DNA from: a virus
DNA: 64,000 nt
Virus record (IMG/VR): IMGVR_UViG_3300045988_171772
Location: 128,001-192,000 of that record
Direction: 5' to 3' (one strand)
This document shows positions 1-9,628 of this stretch, in pieces (the stretch's first letter is position 1; each line of letters opens with the position of its first letter). Made by a program: the position numbers and the translations under genes. A model generated the notes under the pieces. That model did not search any database. It was not told where the DNA came from and saw nothing but the letters and a program-made list of their open reading frames with translations.

Positions 1-22
1 CATATTTAATGAAAATTGATTC

Positions 23-50
23 TTGCGCTTATAAATGTAATGCTTATATC
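23..50 (+). promoter_or_regulatory. possible sigma70-like promoter for tRNA-Gly (TTGCGC-N16-TATATC with TGC upstream)
   Basis: Hexamers read directly; the -10 element ends about 6 nt before the tRNA 5' end. Confidence 0.25.
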
Positions 51-55
51 AATAT

Positions 56-130
56 GCGGCGGTCGTACAACGGCTAGTATATCAGCCTTCCAAGCTGAGG
101 ACGAGGGTTCGATTCCCTTTCGCCGCTCCA
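56..130 (+). tRNA. tRNA-Gly (anticodon UCC), CCA encoded
   Basis: Hand-folded cloverleaf: acceptor GCGGCGG/TCGCCGC, anticodon stem TCAGC/GCTGA, loop CTTCCAA, T-arm GAGGG-TTCGATT-CCCTT, 3' TCCA. Confidence 0.9.
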
Positions 131-197
131 ATTATTTTCTACTTCATATTTAGCTATGCTTCCTTTCTACTTTATTTGTGTAAGATTCGCTAAACCA

Positions 198-272
198 AAA
201 GATTTACACCATCTATCGGATTATGGTCTACCTCTCCTACAGACCTACGATAGATGGTGTAAATCTTTCTTA
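198..272 (+). terminator. long hairpin (21-bp stem, 29-nt loop with inner hairpin) downstream of tRNA-Gly
   Basis: AAAGATTTACACCATCTATCG pairs with CGATAGATGGTGTAAATCTTT; followed by TCTTTCTT. Confidence 0.45.
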
Positions 273-395
273 AGAAACAACGTCATTAATGTATGAGGTA
301 TTATCCATGAATCCATAAATGGTATATCTCATATTCATGGAATTGATCAATCCTAAGTAGTGAACCCTATATCCTATGTAAAGGAGCTCCATAAA

Positions 396-953
396 ATGAA
401 AAATGATCTGCTGGATTTCCTGATTGACGACGATAGCACTCCTGCTACCGAGAACGTCTCTCTGATCGATGACAAAGAAGGCATGGCCAGTGTTCTTCTG
501 GCTGGCATTCAGGAGCAGTGCACTCCTGAGGAGTATGAGCAGATTGTGCAGGAGAATGCCAATCTGTGGGAGATCTATGGTCTGATTCCTGACGCCCAGA
601 TGGTTGCCACTGAGGCTACCAAGAAGGTCGTCGCCAAGTACACCAAGTACAGCTATCTGTCCGCTGCTACCAAGCGTGCTGCGTTCCGACTGGCTCGTGC
701 TGCTGGTGACCCGAACTATGCCAAGTATGTCAAGTACCGTGATCTGATGCGCCAGTATCGTGAGAAGGTTCTGGACAAGTGGAATAGCAAGGCCACTCGT
801 GAAGCCAAGCGCATTCTGCGTGGTGCCGCTGCTACCGCTGGCTCTGTGAAGGATGCCCGTGGTAAGCAGATGGAGGACAAGATCGACAAGGCTCTGAAGC
901 AGACCAATGCCGAAGGCCGCAATGGCAAGGCGATCCGTGCTCCGAAGCAGTAA
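396..953 (+). CDS. abundant alpha-helical virion or scaffold-like protein, function unknown
   Basis: Track ORF 360..953. ATG at 396 lies 9 nt after AAGGAG. Codon usage is strongly CTG/GC3-biased like the capsid gene. Tandem hairpins follow. Confidence 0.7.
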   Translation: MKNDLLDFLIDDDSTPATENVSLIDDKEGMASVLLAGIQEQCTPEEYEQIVQENANLWEIYGLIPDAQMVATEATKKVVAKYTKYSYLSAATKRAAFRLARAAGDPNYAKYVKYRDLMRQYREKVLDKWNSKATREAKRILRGAAATAGSVKDARGKQMEDKIDKALKQTNAEGRNGKAIRAPKQ

Positions 954-964
954 GTAAAACATTT

Positions 965-1006
965 ATCCCCATATGGATACCAAAAATCCATATGGGGATT
1001 TAATTT
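965..1006 (+). terminator. intrinsic terminator (ATCCCCATATGGAT / ATCCATATGGGGAT)
   Basis: 14-bp perfect stem, 7-nt loop, T-rich tail; core CCATATGGAT..ATCCATATGG recurs at 1544..1581. Confidence 0.6.
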
Positions 1007-1024
1007 AGTAAAAACGAAAAAATA

Positions 1025-1064
1025 ATGGTATGTATGAGATCCCCATATCATACATACCATTTGT
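1025..1064 (+). terminator. second tandem hairpin (ATGGTATGTATGA / TCATACATACCAT)
   Basis: 13-bp stem followed by TTGTG. Confidence 0.35.
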
Positions 1065-1480
1065 GAAGACCCTATGTCAAGCTTTAATCAAAATACCGTG
1101 ACATGGCATCTACATAAAGCTTGAAACCTATGCAATGGTTATAGAATTCTTTGAAGTGTGGTTTCTTCATTGCACTTTTAACCAGATAGGTTTGGTGTGT
1201 ACCATCCAGATACTTGCGATCGTCACTCGAAGGATCCAGGAGGTTCACATAATTCCAAAGATGATACTTGAGAGAGAGTCTTTACGTCTCTCTTCTCGCA
1301 CATCAATGGATTTTACATAAAAAGATTAAGTCGGTAATTGACATGATTGGGTAATCAAACATGTTGGTTCATTCTTTCATGAATTAGATTCATGGAATCG
1401 AAGGCCATGCCAAATATCCAGGTCAGTCAAAACTAAAACTTCTGATGTAAAATAAGAGGGACTATTAGGATCTTCACAAA
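1061..1480 (+). ncRNA. candidate structured RNA of about 420 nt, class unknown
   Basis: No SD-preceded ORF. Closing helix TTTGTGAAGA (1060-1069) pairs with TCTTCACAAA (1471-1480). Internal hairpins include GAGAGA/TCTCTC (1272-1292) and CATGAAT/ATTCATG (1377-1393). Bracketed by two copies of the same hairpin. Confidence 0.3.
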
Positions 1481-1486
1481 TAAATA

Positions 1487-1534
1487 ATATACAGAGATTA
1501 CGATTCGAAAAGCACCATCGTAATCTCTGTATAT
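1487..1534 (-). terminator. 18-bp hairpin, likely terminator of the minus-strand gene 1612..2010
   Basis: ATATACAGAGATTACGAT pairs with ATCGTAATCTCTGTATAT; A-rich on the plus-strand 5' side, so T-run on minus. Confidence 0.4.
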
Positions 1535-1543
1535 ATGAAATTT

Positions 1544-1589
1544 AATCACCCATATGGATATAAAAATCCATATGGGTGATTTTGTCTTT
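1544..1589 (+). terminator. intrinsic terminator (AATCACCCATATGGAT / ATCCATATGGGTGATT)
   Basis: 16-bp stem, 6-nt loop, TTTGTCTTT tail. Confidence 0.6.
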
Positions 1590-1611
1590 ATATATGAATC
1601 CAAGTATCGAA

Positions 1612-2010
1612 TTAGAATGGGATAAAAAGAATGAAGAAGAACCAGGATATGATAATCTGGAGCATATGTAAGCTTTGATCAGCTACAAGATTGGTCATCT
1701 TCCAGTTAGCTTTCATATTGTCTATGAAAGCGTGCCATAGAAATTGAACTATGATCACAATGATGAATAAATCCCATCGATCTCCCATATCAAAATGGAA
1801 ATATACCAAGATAGGGAGATGTATCATCATAGACCATGAGAAAGCATGACATAATAGAGCTGGGATATAATCAAATCTATATTTATCGTTATATCCCTCC
1901 TGATTCTCCCACCAGGATCTCTGTTTCATACTGGCCATAATGCCTTGGAGTCTGAAATCATCAATTATATGCATGAAGATCATAAAGAGAAGTATATAGA
2001 TAGTATTCAT
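1612..2010 (-). CDS. small polytopic membrane protein (DUF3307-like H-x3-DF-x-LQ motif, from memory)
   Basis: 132-aa ORF, AAGGAGGA 9 nt upstream of ATG, several hydrophobic segments. Confidence 0.7.
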   Translation of the reverse strand: MNTIYILLFMIFMHIIDDFRLQGIMASMKQRSWWENQEGYNDKYRFDYIPALLCHAFSWSMMIHLPILVYFHFDMGDRWDLFIIVIIVQFLWHAFIDNMKANWKMTNLVADQSLHMLQIIISWFFFILFIPF

Positions 2011-2105
2011 ATTGATCGATTCCTCCTTTAGTATACGAGTTTCTTGGATGCTAGGCGTTTAAAACACCACATTAAAGTTTCAAGATACTAGGAGAGGTGA
2101 TAGAA

Positions 2106-3869
2106 TTGGCAAAAATTCTGTCGGTAGAGACATCTCCTTACTATGAGAAACAAATTGAGATTTATGCGAAAAATAAAGTAGGGCAATTCTCTAAATACTT
2201 GGAGAAGAATCCTACTTTTGTTGAGTATTACCATATCAACCAAGTTCTGAGTAGAGCAGATGTAGGGAGTCAATCTGTCAAAGAAGAGATAGGAAGGAAA
2301 TCTCCGATCCGTTATAATAAGATCAAGGAATTTCCTATCTATGGTTTGCCGGAATTGAAACCTGAGCTGACCTATGATGAAGATGGCATGGATATGGATC
2401 TCGATTTGAATGGATTGATTGTCCTTCCTGGGACGATTCATCCTATTCCTGGAGATTACTTCTACTTCAAATTCCCTGGTATGAGTGTCGGAATTCTTTG
2501 GAGGGTAACTTCTAAAGAATTCAATACAGTCCAGGCGAATGACTATTATCTACTCGATGCAGAGATCTATGCCACTGCAAAAGAAACAGATAAGAATTCC
2601 TCGTATAGTCAATTACAGAAACAGGTCGTAGAAGACTATACCTGTATCTTTGAGAATATTGGCACCAAAGATTCATGTATTGTCAAGAATGATCAATATA
2701 CCAAGGCACAATACTTGGGCACTTACATCACCAATCTCATGAATAACTATTATGAGACATTTTATCACAGTGATGTCGGTACCTTTGTAGGTCTTGGTAT
2801 GTGGAATCAGACCCCTACCTATCTATATGACATCTATCTGATTCGATTCATGAAAGAGGTAGACTTGTGGGAGGTTGGAGATGGAATCACAAATCGTGTG
2901 GTAGCTCTTACCTATGATGACAAGATTCCTTCTAACTTTGATTCTAGATATAGAAAAACCTTGTGGTATGCTCTTCAAAAGAAGAATGCCTCTACCATGG
3001 TTCCTTACCAGTATTACTATACTTATGAGTGTACGAAACAGTCGTCTCCTCTCTTGATGTATAGTGATCACTACTGTGAGTGTATCCATCTGGAAACATT
3101 TGGAAGAAGCACTGAAAAAGATGATTATCTGTCTAGAAGAATCATTGGTAAGACAAGAGAATATTTTACCACAGATCTCACAAGAGGGATCAAAGAAGGA
3201 GGACTGAAGATCACCGATGAGAGAAATCAACTCATCTATGATTATATTACCTCCAAAGAGATCACTCTGAATCTGGGTATGCTCGAAGATCTTACCTTTG
3301 ATATGACTTCGGATGACTATATCTATGGACCTGCCTTGATCTATGTATTGAAGAAATGCTACAATGCTATCTTCAATGAATCTGGCGATCTGACTGTTAG
3401 ATTGGTCGGTGGTCCTGGAACTGAAGGAAAGGATACTGACGATATGACAGCTTCCAAGTATATCGAAGATACTGTCGTCCCGGCTATGAATGAGATGAAG
3501 TCTAAGATTTCTCAGATGGATAATGAGAAACTTAACTATGCCTATCTCAACAATGTCGGATACGAAGTTGATTTCCCGAGATTCAATCGGAATATTGTAT
3601 TGAAGAAGATCACCATTAGTGGTGTCCATGATATGCAATGCTCTGGTTTCAAACTCATCTATGGAGATCAAGTCATTTATAAGAATGAGGATATGGGTAA
3701 TGTAGCCAGAGGAGAAGACTATGTCACCGATCTGTACATGCCCATTGATTGTGTCTCCGGTAATCCCATTACTCTCAAATTCATCAAGTTCATTCAAGGA
3801 ACTGTGAATGTCTATGTAGAGTATGTCTATCAGAATGATGGATCCGGAGAGAGTACCAATCTTGTCTAA
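2106..3869 (+). CDS. hypothetical protein (587 aa), possibly structural
   Basis: Long ORF. The track start (GTG 2097) lies inside the SD GGAGAGG. In-frame TTG at 2106 has an 8-nt spacer. Confidence 0.75.
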   Translation: MAKILSVETSPYYEKQIEIYAKNKVGQFSKYLEKNPTFVEYYHINQVLSRADVGSQSVKEEIGRKSPIRYNKIKEFPIYGLPELKPELTYDEDGMDMDLDLNGLIVLPGTIHPIPGDYFYFKFPGMSVGILWRVTSKEFNTVQANDYYLLDAEIYATAKETDKNSSYSQLQKQVVEDYTCIFENIGTKDSCIVKNDQYTKAQYLGTYITNLMNNYYETFYHSDVGTFVGLGMWNQTPTYLYDIYLIRFMKEVDLWEVGDGITNRVVALTYDDKIPSNFDSRYRKTLWYALQKKNASTMVPYQYYYTYECTKQSSPLLMYSDHYCECIHLETFGRSTEKDDYLSRRIIGKTREYFTTDLTRGIKEGGLKITDERNQLIYDYITSKEITLNLGMLEDLTFDMTSDDYIYGPALIYVLKKCYNAIFNESGDLTVRLVGGPGTEGKDTDDMTASKYIEDTVVPAMNEMKSKISQMDNEKLNYAYLNNVGYEVDFPRFNRNIVLKKITISGVHDMQCSGFKLIYGDQVIYKNEDMGNVARGEDYVTDLYMPIDCVSGNPITLKFIKFIQGTVNVYVEYVYQNDGSGESTNLV

Positions 3870-3898
3870 TATCATAAATAATTAGGAGGGTTATCCCT

Positions 3899-4258
3899 AT
3901 GGGTAAGCTGTTTGAAGATATCCAGACTGCTATGGAAAACGATCGTTCCATCAATGATCAGATTGCGGATGAGATCGCTATGAATGAGGATGCTGATGAA
4001 GAGCTGAATGTCAGACTCCTGGGTCAGTATTCTGCCTATGCAGAAGATATGGAAGATGATGGTATCGATCCCGATCTGGGTGAAGATACCGATGATGATG
4101 TCGATGATCTGCTGAATGCCACTGCCGATGAGGATGATGGGTATTCTATGGGATCTGACATCAATCCTGAGATTGTCAGTGACACTGTCAAGGAAGAGGA
4201 TTACGATGATGACATTGATGACGACTTCTTTGATGATGCTGACGATGACGATATGTAA
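3899..4258 (+). CDS. hyper-acidic small protein (119 aa, D/E-rich tail)
   Basis: AGGAGGG SD upstream of ATG; terminator immediately downstream. Confidence 0.75.
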   Translation: MGKLFEDIQTAMENDRSINDQIADEIAMNEDADEELNVRLLGQYSAYAEDMEDDGIDPDLGEDTDDDVDDLLNATADEDDGYSMGSDINPEIVSDTVKEEDYDDDIDDDFFDDADDDDM

Positions 4259-4269
4259 ATAAGATCAAA

Positions 4270-4318
4270 AAAGATGGTGTACCTCTGGTTAAGGAGATAC
4301 ACCATCTTTGTTTTGTTT
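4270..4318 (+). terminator. intrinsic terminator (AAAGATGGTGTA / TACACCATCTTT)
   Basis: 12-bp stem followed by GTTTTGTTT. Confidence 0.65.
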
Positions 4319-4573
4319 GGCACATAAGCTTCATATTGCCAATGAGGCTTGTAATATTCCGGATGTCATACTTGGTAGAAAAGCGGATCATTGATGGTTC
4401 CTCCGATGGTTAATGAGATGCATCATCTATGATCGAGTATCTTTTCCTCAATTTTCAATTAGTTGATATTATTGAGCGCCATTTTATACAGGATCAATTG
4501 AGTATACAATATCAATGATATCATTTATCGTTGAAAAACTAGGATGTGTCATGATGATTATCTCTTAACTAAG

Positions 4574-4617
4574 CCTCCATGTATATATCGGGAATACATG
4601 GAGGATTTTTTATTTTT
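4574..4617 (+). terminator. intrinsic terminator (CCTCCATGTAT / ATACATGGAGG) ending an ORF-free unit
   Basis: 11-bp stem followed by ATTTTTTATTTTT. Confidence 0.6.
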
Positions 4618-4631
4618 CAACGAAATTAAGG

Positions 4632-4673
4632 TCCCAAGTAATGACTATAGATTGAGTCATTACTTGGGATTTA
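4632..4673 (+). promoter_or_regulatory. 15-bp hairpin about 55 nt upstream of the terminase start
   Basis: TCCCAAGTAATGACT pairs with AGTCATTACTTGGGA. Confidence 0.35.
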
Positions 4674-4728
4674 TATGTCTCTAATTCTCATCTATTTCAA
4701 CCAATGAATTAAAAGGAGGGATTTATAT

Positions 4729-5749
4729 TTGTCTACGATAGTAAATATGATTGATGAAGATATAGACTACAGAAAAGTCTACAGAGAGATTGACAATCTC
4801 GGTGATGATGAGGGACAAAATAAAGCCCCAGACATAGACTTTTCATCCCCTGGGTGGACAAACCCAGACAGTGATAAGGTCGAGCAGTTAATTAAGACTG
4901 ATATTAAGACTCTTACTAAGGTAGCTGAATTAAAGAAGAGCTACGATTTCAAGACCAAGAATAAATCCTTCTTGGAATTGTATCGTGATCTTCACTCATT
5001 AGGTATCAAGAATAATAAATTCTTCTTGGTCATCTATGACAGATCTCTGATTGGAGTAGATCCTTTCTCTGAGGCCCTACCTTTATCTACCAAACTGAGA
5101 ATTATCGTAGAATGTATGCGAAATCCTTGGTATTGGTTACGAGAGATTTGTAGAGTTCCTCAGGATGGTTCTGCCATTGAACCAGGAGGAGGTTCTGAAT
5201 TCATGATAGATAGAACCTCAGCTGCTGCTTGGTATTGCTTTATTAACCATATCGACCATTATCTATGTAAACCTCGTCAGACTGGTAAGACCCATTGTGC
5301 CTTATCAGAGATTGACTATGGGTATACCTTTGGATGTAAGTCTTCTACCATTCTCTTTGCTAATAAAGATGCTGAGAATAATAAGATGAATCTCTATCGA
5401 CTGAAATGTCATAGAGATATGCTTCCCTCTTATATGCATATGAAGACGACCATAGACATGGCAGGAAATCTCATTAAGGAGAAGAATAGTGTTACGACAA
5501 TTCGCAATCCTGTGAATAATAATAACATTAAACTTCTTCCGAGAGCCAATAGCAAAGATTCTGCTATGACCTGTGGACGTGGCGCTACATCGTCTTTGAT
5601 GTATTTTGACGAATGGGACTTTATACCCTACCAAGTCGAAATAATGAATAGCGCTGCCTTTGCGTATTCAAGAGCGAGCGAAAATGCTGCTAAGTCAGGA
5701 TCACTATACAGCCGTATATATTCCTCAACTCCTTTAAAGACGGATATTT
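4729..5749 (+). CDS. terL: terminase large subunit, exon 1 (ATPase domain)
   Basis: Walker A CKPRQTGKT, Walker B LMYFDEWDF and coupling motif SSTP match the T4 gp17 pattern. TTG start 8 nt after AAGGAGGG. The frame hits a stop at 5776 soon after SSTP. Confidence 0.85.
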
Positions 5750-6163
5750 ACTACGAACTCCCACTAATGAAATTATAGATGGAGAAGAATCTGATAGTAG
5801 TGAATATTCGAAAAGGGCCATATAATAGTGATATTATATGGGATCTTCGTGAACTGCTGGGATATCTCTTATTAGAGACGATCAGCAGCCAAGCTTCTTT
5901 CTATATAGAGAGGAGAAGGTTCAACGACTATCGAAAGCACAGGCATAGGAGTAATCCATATGTCGTAGAGCAAGTAGAGTACAGCCAAGCTATTGGGTAG
6001 GTATATAGGTGATAATAGTCTATAGTAAATCCTTTAAATGGAAGTGCGAAGTATCTCTATAGGACGAATATCGCCATATAGAGATAAAGATATAGTCTGA
6101 TTCCCATAGTAATATGGGCGGGTTTCTTATGTAAACCGGTGAGAGTGTAGCGGACTCTCATGG
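5750..6163 (+). ncRNA. candidate ORF-less group I intron interrupting terL (boundaries approximate)
   Basis: A 13-bp helix joins 5742-5754 to 5797-5809, with a U5749-G5802 wobble at the proposed 5' splice site. G6163 as terminal G restores the frame (t+ac = Tyr). AACGACTATC (5923-5932) and GATATAGTCTG (6090-6100) resemble remembered core segments of the T4 td intron. The 3' end ...ACACAATG.. resembles td ...ACATAATG. Confidence 0.6.
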
Positions 6164-7629
6164 ACACAATGGGTGACTTAGATTCTAGAGATGGAGCTGC
6201 TGCTACTGAGTGGCTTTCTCATACTCTCAAGTGGGAAGAAAAATTTTATGATGTCCCTATCGAGAAACTTAGAGCTATGGTTAATGACAACCAATCCAAG
6301 AGGAATGGTGTCATGTGGATCGAGCATTCTTGGAAGCAATTAAAGAAGACACAGGCTTGGTTTGAGAATCAGTGCCGTCTCGTAAACTGGTCTTTGGAAG
6401 TAATCGCGAGGGAGATTGAGCTTAAGAGATTGCATGGCTCTTCTCTGTCTCCCTTCAAGAGAGAAGACATCATGTATATCCAAGCGAATAAAAGAACTCC
6501 GATTGGCGAGATTGATCTTAGTAAAAATATGTGTCCCTTCAAATTCTATAAGAAGATAAAGAAAAGCATTCCTTACTTTATCTGCATTGACCCATCGGAA
6601 GGTCTTGCTCTGGATAACAATGCAATCGAGATTGAATCTCCTTATACCCTTGAAGTGGTATGTGAGATGAAGAATCCCTATATTTCCCAACCAGATCTAT
6701 CTGATATGCTTGTGAAGTTTATGGATCTCTTCTGTCCCAATGCTCTTCTCATTATAGAGAATAACAAGGGTAGAGAATTGATCAACTGTCTCAGAAAGAC
6801 CAAGTATGCAAACCGTATCTGGTATGATACTGGTAAGATGCTGGATGTATCTGAGAAATTGAATAAGTATGGTATGCAGGCTAGAGATTCTCTGGAAAGA
6901 AGAGCATATGGTCTGTCTACCACAAATGCCAGTAGAGCTGTCATGATGGGTATCCTTGAAAGAATGATGGATGAAGAGAAGAGAAAGTTCGTATCAGAGT
7001 ATGTCGTAGATGACATTAGTGCTCTGATTCGTACTCCTTCTGGTAAAATCCAAGCAGCTCAAGGTCAACATGATGACAATATCATGGCCTATCTTTTTGG
7101 TCCCTATATCAAATTCAATTCCAATAATCTGGAAGAATTTGGAATTGATATACATGATATAGACCCAGATGAGGAATCTCTGATGGGGAATATCAGACAA
7201 GTACCAGAAGAGAATAAACCTCTTACTGAAGAAGATCAAATCTTGAAATTGAGAGAAATGTATCCAGATCTTCCTACTGATATCCAAGCTCTCTTGAAAG
7301 ACAATCTCTTCGGTATGAAGGGCGTAAGATTGAAATCCGATCAGGAAGAGAGAAAGAGCTCTGTGCAGCAGATGAAACTGCAACAGACGGCTTCTCAATT
7401 CATCAAGGATGAGACTGTCGATGACTATAAGAGATTGATTGCCTCTAGTACCAGACAGAGATCTCCTTCTGAAGTAGATTATAATTATGACTATGATGGA
7501 GGAGTGCCTTCTGATGATGTCATGATGGATGGAGCTCAGACAGATCGATTCTATGATCATATGTTTGACTCTATCGGTGATTATGAGGCTCAGAATCCGA
7601 ATACCTTTGATCTCAATGACTATATTTAA
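6164..7629 (+). CDS. terL: terminase large subunit, exon 2 (nuclease domain)
   Basis: ICIDPSEG and HDDNIMAY motifs are typical of the RNase H-like TerL nuclease. There is no convincing SD before the track ATG at 6160. Confidence 0.8.
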
Positions 7630-7952
7630 AATTATATAATGCAGGAACGATGAGGTAAGCCTAAGTTTTTAGAGTTTTTTCTTAGGCTTGCGCTGTCATC
7701 AACTGGCATTTATTTTTCCATGTATTCAGCAATTGTCAACCACTTTTTCTACGTAACACAAGGATTTCAATTTAAGTCATTCTAACTCACGTCCTATCAA
7801 ACATCATTTATTTACATCATATCAAGAATCATTCATTTAAATTATCCTTTTATCTTTTTCATCCAAATATCTTTCCTTATGTTTTTCGACCTGTTTAAAA
7901 TTCAATTTCTCATCGCATGTTTCAAGCGAATACTCAACTTCCAAACAAAAAT

Positions 7953-7999
7953 AAATGGGTAGTATCCATATTTCAGGATACTACCCATTTATTTTCTTT
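7953..7999. terminator. bidirectional terminator (AAATGGGTAGTATCC / GGATACTACCCATTT)
   Basis: 15-bp stem flanked by an A-run and a T-run, between convergent genes. Confidence 0.65.
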
Positions 8000-9586
8000 T
8001 TAGATGATACTGAGGAAAGTATAATACTCATCCATGACAGTATCAATAGGCACATCTGTCAAGACACGTCCATTGATCTCCGGATCATAATCCACCAGTA
8101 TAAAGCTGGAGTTGATAATGGTAGAGAGCTTCTTCTGAATGGGATTCTCTTTCGGTGCGATCTCTTGGATATACCGGAATTTACCCTCAATGACGCTCTT
8201 ATAGACATCCGAAGATTCGTATTTCTCCTGGAAGCGTGTATTCTTGATCATGTTTTCTTTAAACCGTCCTCTTACGACGGCAGTGACCAACTGAGGAAGG
8301 ATAACCATTCTAGCAGCCTGGAGATATTTCTTCAGGATGACCAGAAGCTTGATGGTATCTCTTCTTGTAATGGTCTGAATGGCTGTAGAAGAATGGAAGA
8401 AACCACTGTAGAAGGTATGCAGGAAATACTGCATCAGGTTATTGATTTTACAGTTCTCATAGTAAAAGTCCAATTCTTCCTGTGGGATATCGAACTCAAA
8501 TCTTTCATAGATCTGTTTCAATACCAGCTCATTGTTGACATCATTGATGATCTGGTTAGACTCATCGATACGATAGATAGACATCTCAAGACTTTCTGCA
8601 TGAGTTAGATAGTCATCCGAATCCGATCCGCCAGAGTCTGCATCAATTTCAATGGGTTTGAATTTGAAGTTCTCGAAGCGGAAATGGTTGTAGCTATTCG
8701 TTACAACGCCATCGATATACGAGACTACGCTTCTATCGTAAGCGATTTTATAGAGAGACTTGACCAGAATCACTTCATGAATCATATTCTGGAATACCGT
8801 CTCAAAGGTAATTCCATAGAGCTGCTTCTTCTTATTCCAGATAGGAGAGTCTACATTAAAGGATCTCTCCAATCGATATTTCACAAATCTGCAGAGGGGA
8901 TAGAAGATCGGGAAGAAATCATCCCCACTCTTTTCAAAGCGATCTACGATGTCCATGAAGATGGAATCAAACGCTTTAATGTAATCGTGAGAAGACACAA
9001 TATACTCACAGATGTTGGAGAAATGGACGCACAGAGGGAGAACGGCACGAATGGCAAACGAGATGCCGAGAAGCATCTTAGCCTGCTCATTGGTGATCTT
9101 CGGAGTGGTCCGATACTTTCCATCATCATCGGTATTGATATTGACAGTGTAAAGATCCTTCGCCATATGGATCATGTCATGGACAAAATCCTTTGTGACG
9201 ACGGTACGGATTAATACATTCTTAAACTGATTGGGTCTCATACCCGGGTTGCGATCGATCAGATATTTGACACTGGCCACATTGATCAGGAAATCATGTT
9301 TGGTGTCATAATACTTCATGAAGTAATTGATGTGCATACACACATCGGTCATACGTTCTTTGTAATGCTTCTTATTGATTTTGAACGTTTCGAATTTCGG
9401 GAATTGCTTACCAAAGATATCAGAGAAACGAGCATGTACCTTTTCGTCAACGTAGATGAATTTCAGGTCATCGTCTTCCGGTACCCATTCATTCAGCCTA
9501 GGATGATCCAGCTGCGGGGGTTGGAACTCGGCTTTCTCTTGAATCTTGTCATTTGGTTGGGCGTCGGTTTTCTTTCTTCTTGGCAT
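8000..9586 (-). CDS. hypothetical protein (528 aa)
   Basis: Long ORF with AGGAGG SD upstream of ATG. Confidence 0.75.
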   Translation of the reverse strand: MPRRKKTDAQPNDKIQEKAEFQPPQLDHPRLNEWVPEDDDLKFIYVDEKVHARFSDIFGKQFPKFETFKINKKHYKERMTDVCMHINYFMKYYDTKHDFLINVASVKYLIDRNPGMRPNQFKNVLIRTVVTKDFVHDMIHMAKDLYTVNINTDDDGKYRTTPKITNEQAKMLLGISFAIRAVLPLCVHFSNICEYIVSSHDYIKAFDSIFMDIVDRFEKSGDDFFPIFYPLCRFVKYRLERSFNVDSPIWNKKKQLYGITFETVFQNMIHEVILVKSLYKIAYDRSVVSYIDGVVTNSYNHFRFENFKFKPIEIDADSGGSDSDDYLTHAESLEMSIYRIDESNQIINDVNNELVLKQIYERFEFDIPQEELDFYYENCKINNLMQYFLHTFYSGFFHSSTAIQTITRRDTIKLLVILKKYLQAARMVILPQLVTAVVRGRFKENMIKNTRFQEKYESSDVYKSVIEGKFRYIQEIAPKENPIQKKLSTIINSSFILVDYDPEINGRVLTDVPIDTVMDEYYTFLSII

Positions 9587-9628
9587 AACGGCATTCCTCC
9601 TAAAGCGTACGAGCAGATGATATACATC

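Noticed and set aside
1135-1320. 61-aa ORF in the cassette between the repeated hairpins
   Set aside because: It has no SD and crosses several predicted helices.
4188-4391. 67-aa minus-strand ORF with a very good GGAGGA SD
   Set aside because: It runs through a bidirectional terminator and then antisense to the acidic-protein gene, and its product is His/Arg/Gln low-complexity. It is kept only as a remark in the finding for 4319-4728.
5779-6000. 73-aa ORF inside the terL gap (possible homing endonuclease?)
   Set aside because: It has no SD and no LAGLIDADG, GIY-YIG, HNH or His-Cys box motif. It overlaps predicted intron helices.
7656-7689. Hairpin TAAGCCTAAG/CTTAGGCTT just after terL as its terminator
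   Set aside because: No T-run follows it on either strand. The stronger bidirectional terminator at 7953-7999 is more likely to end transcription.
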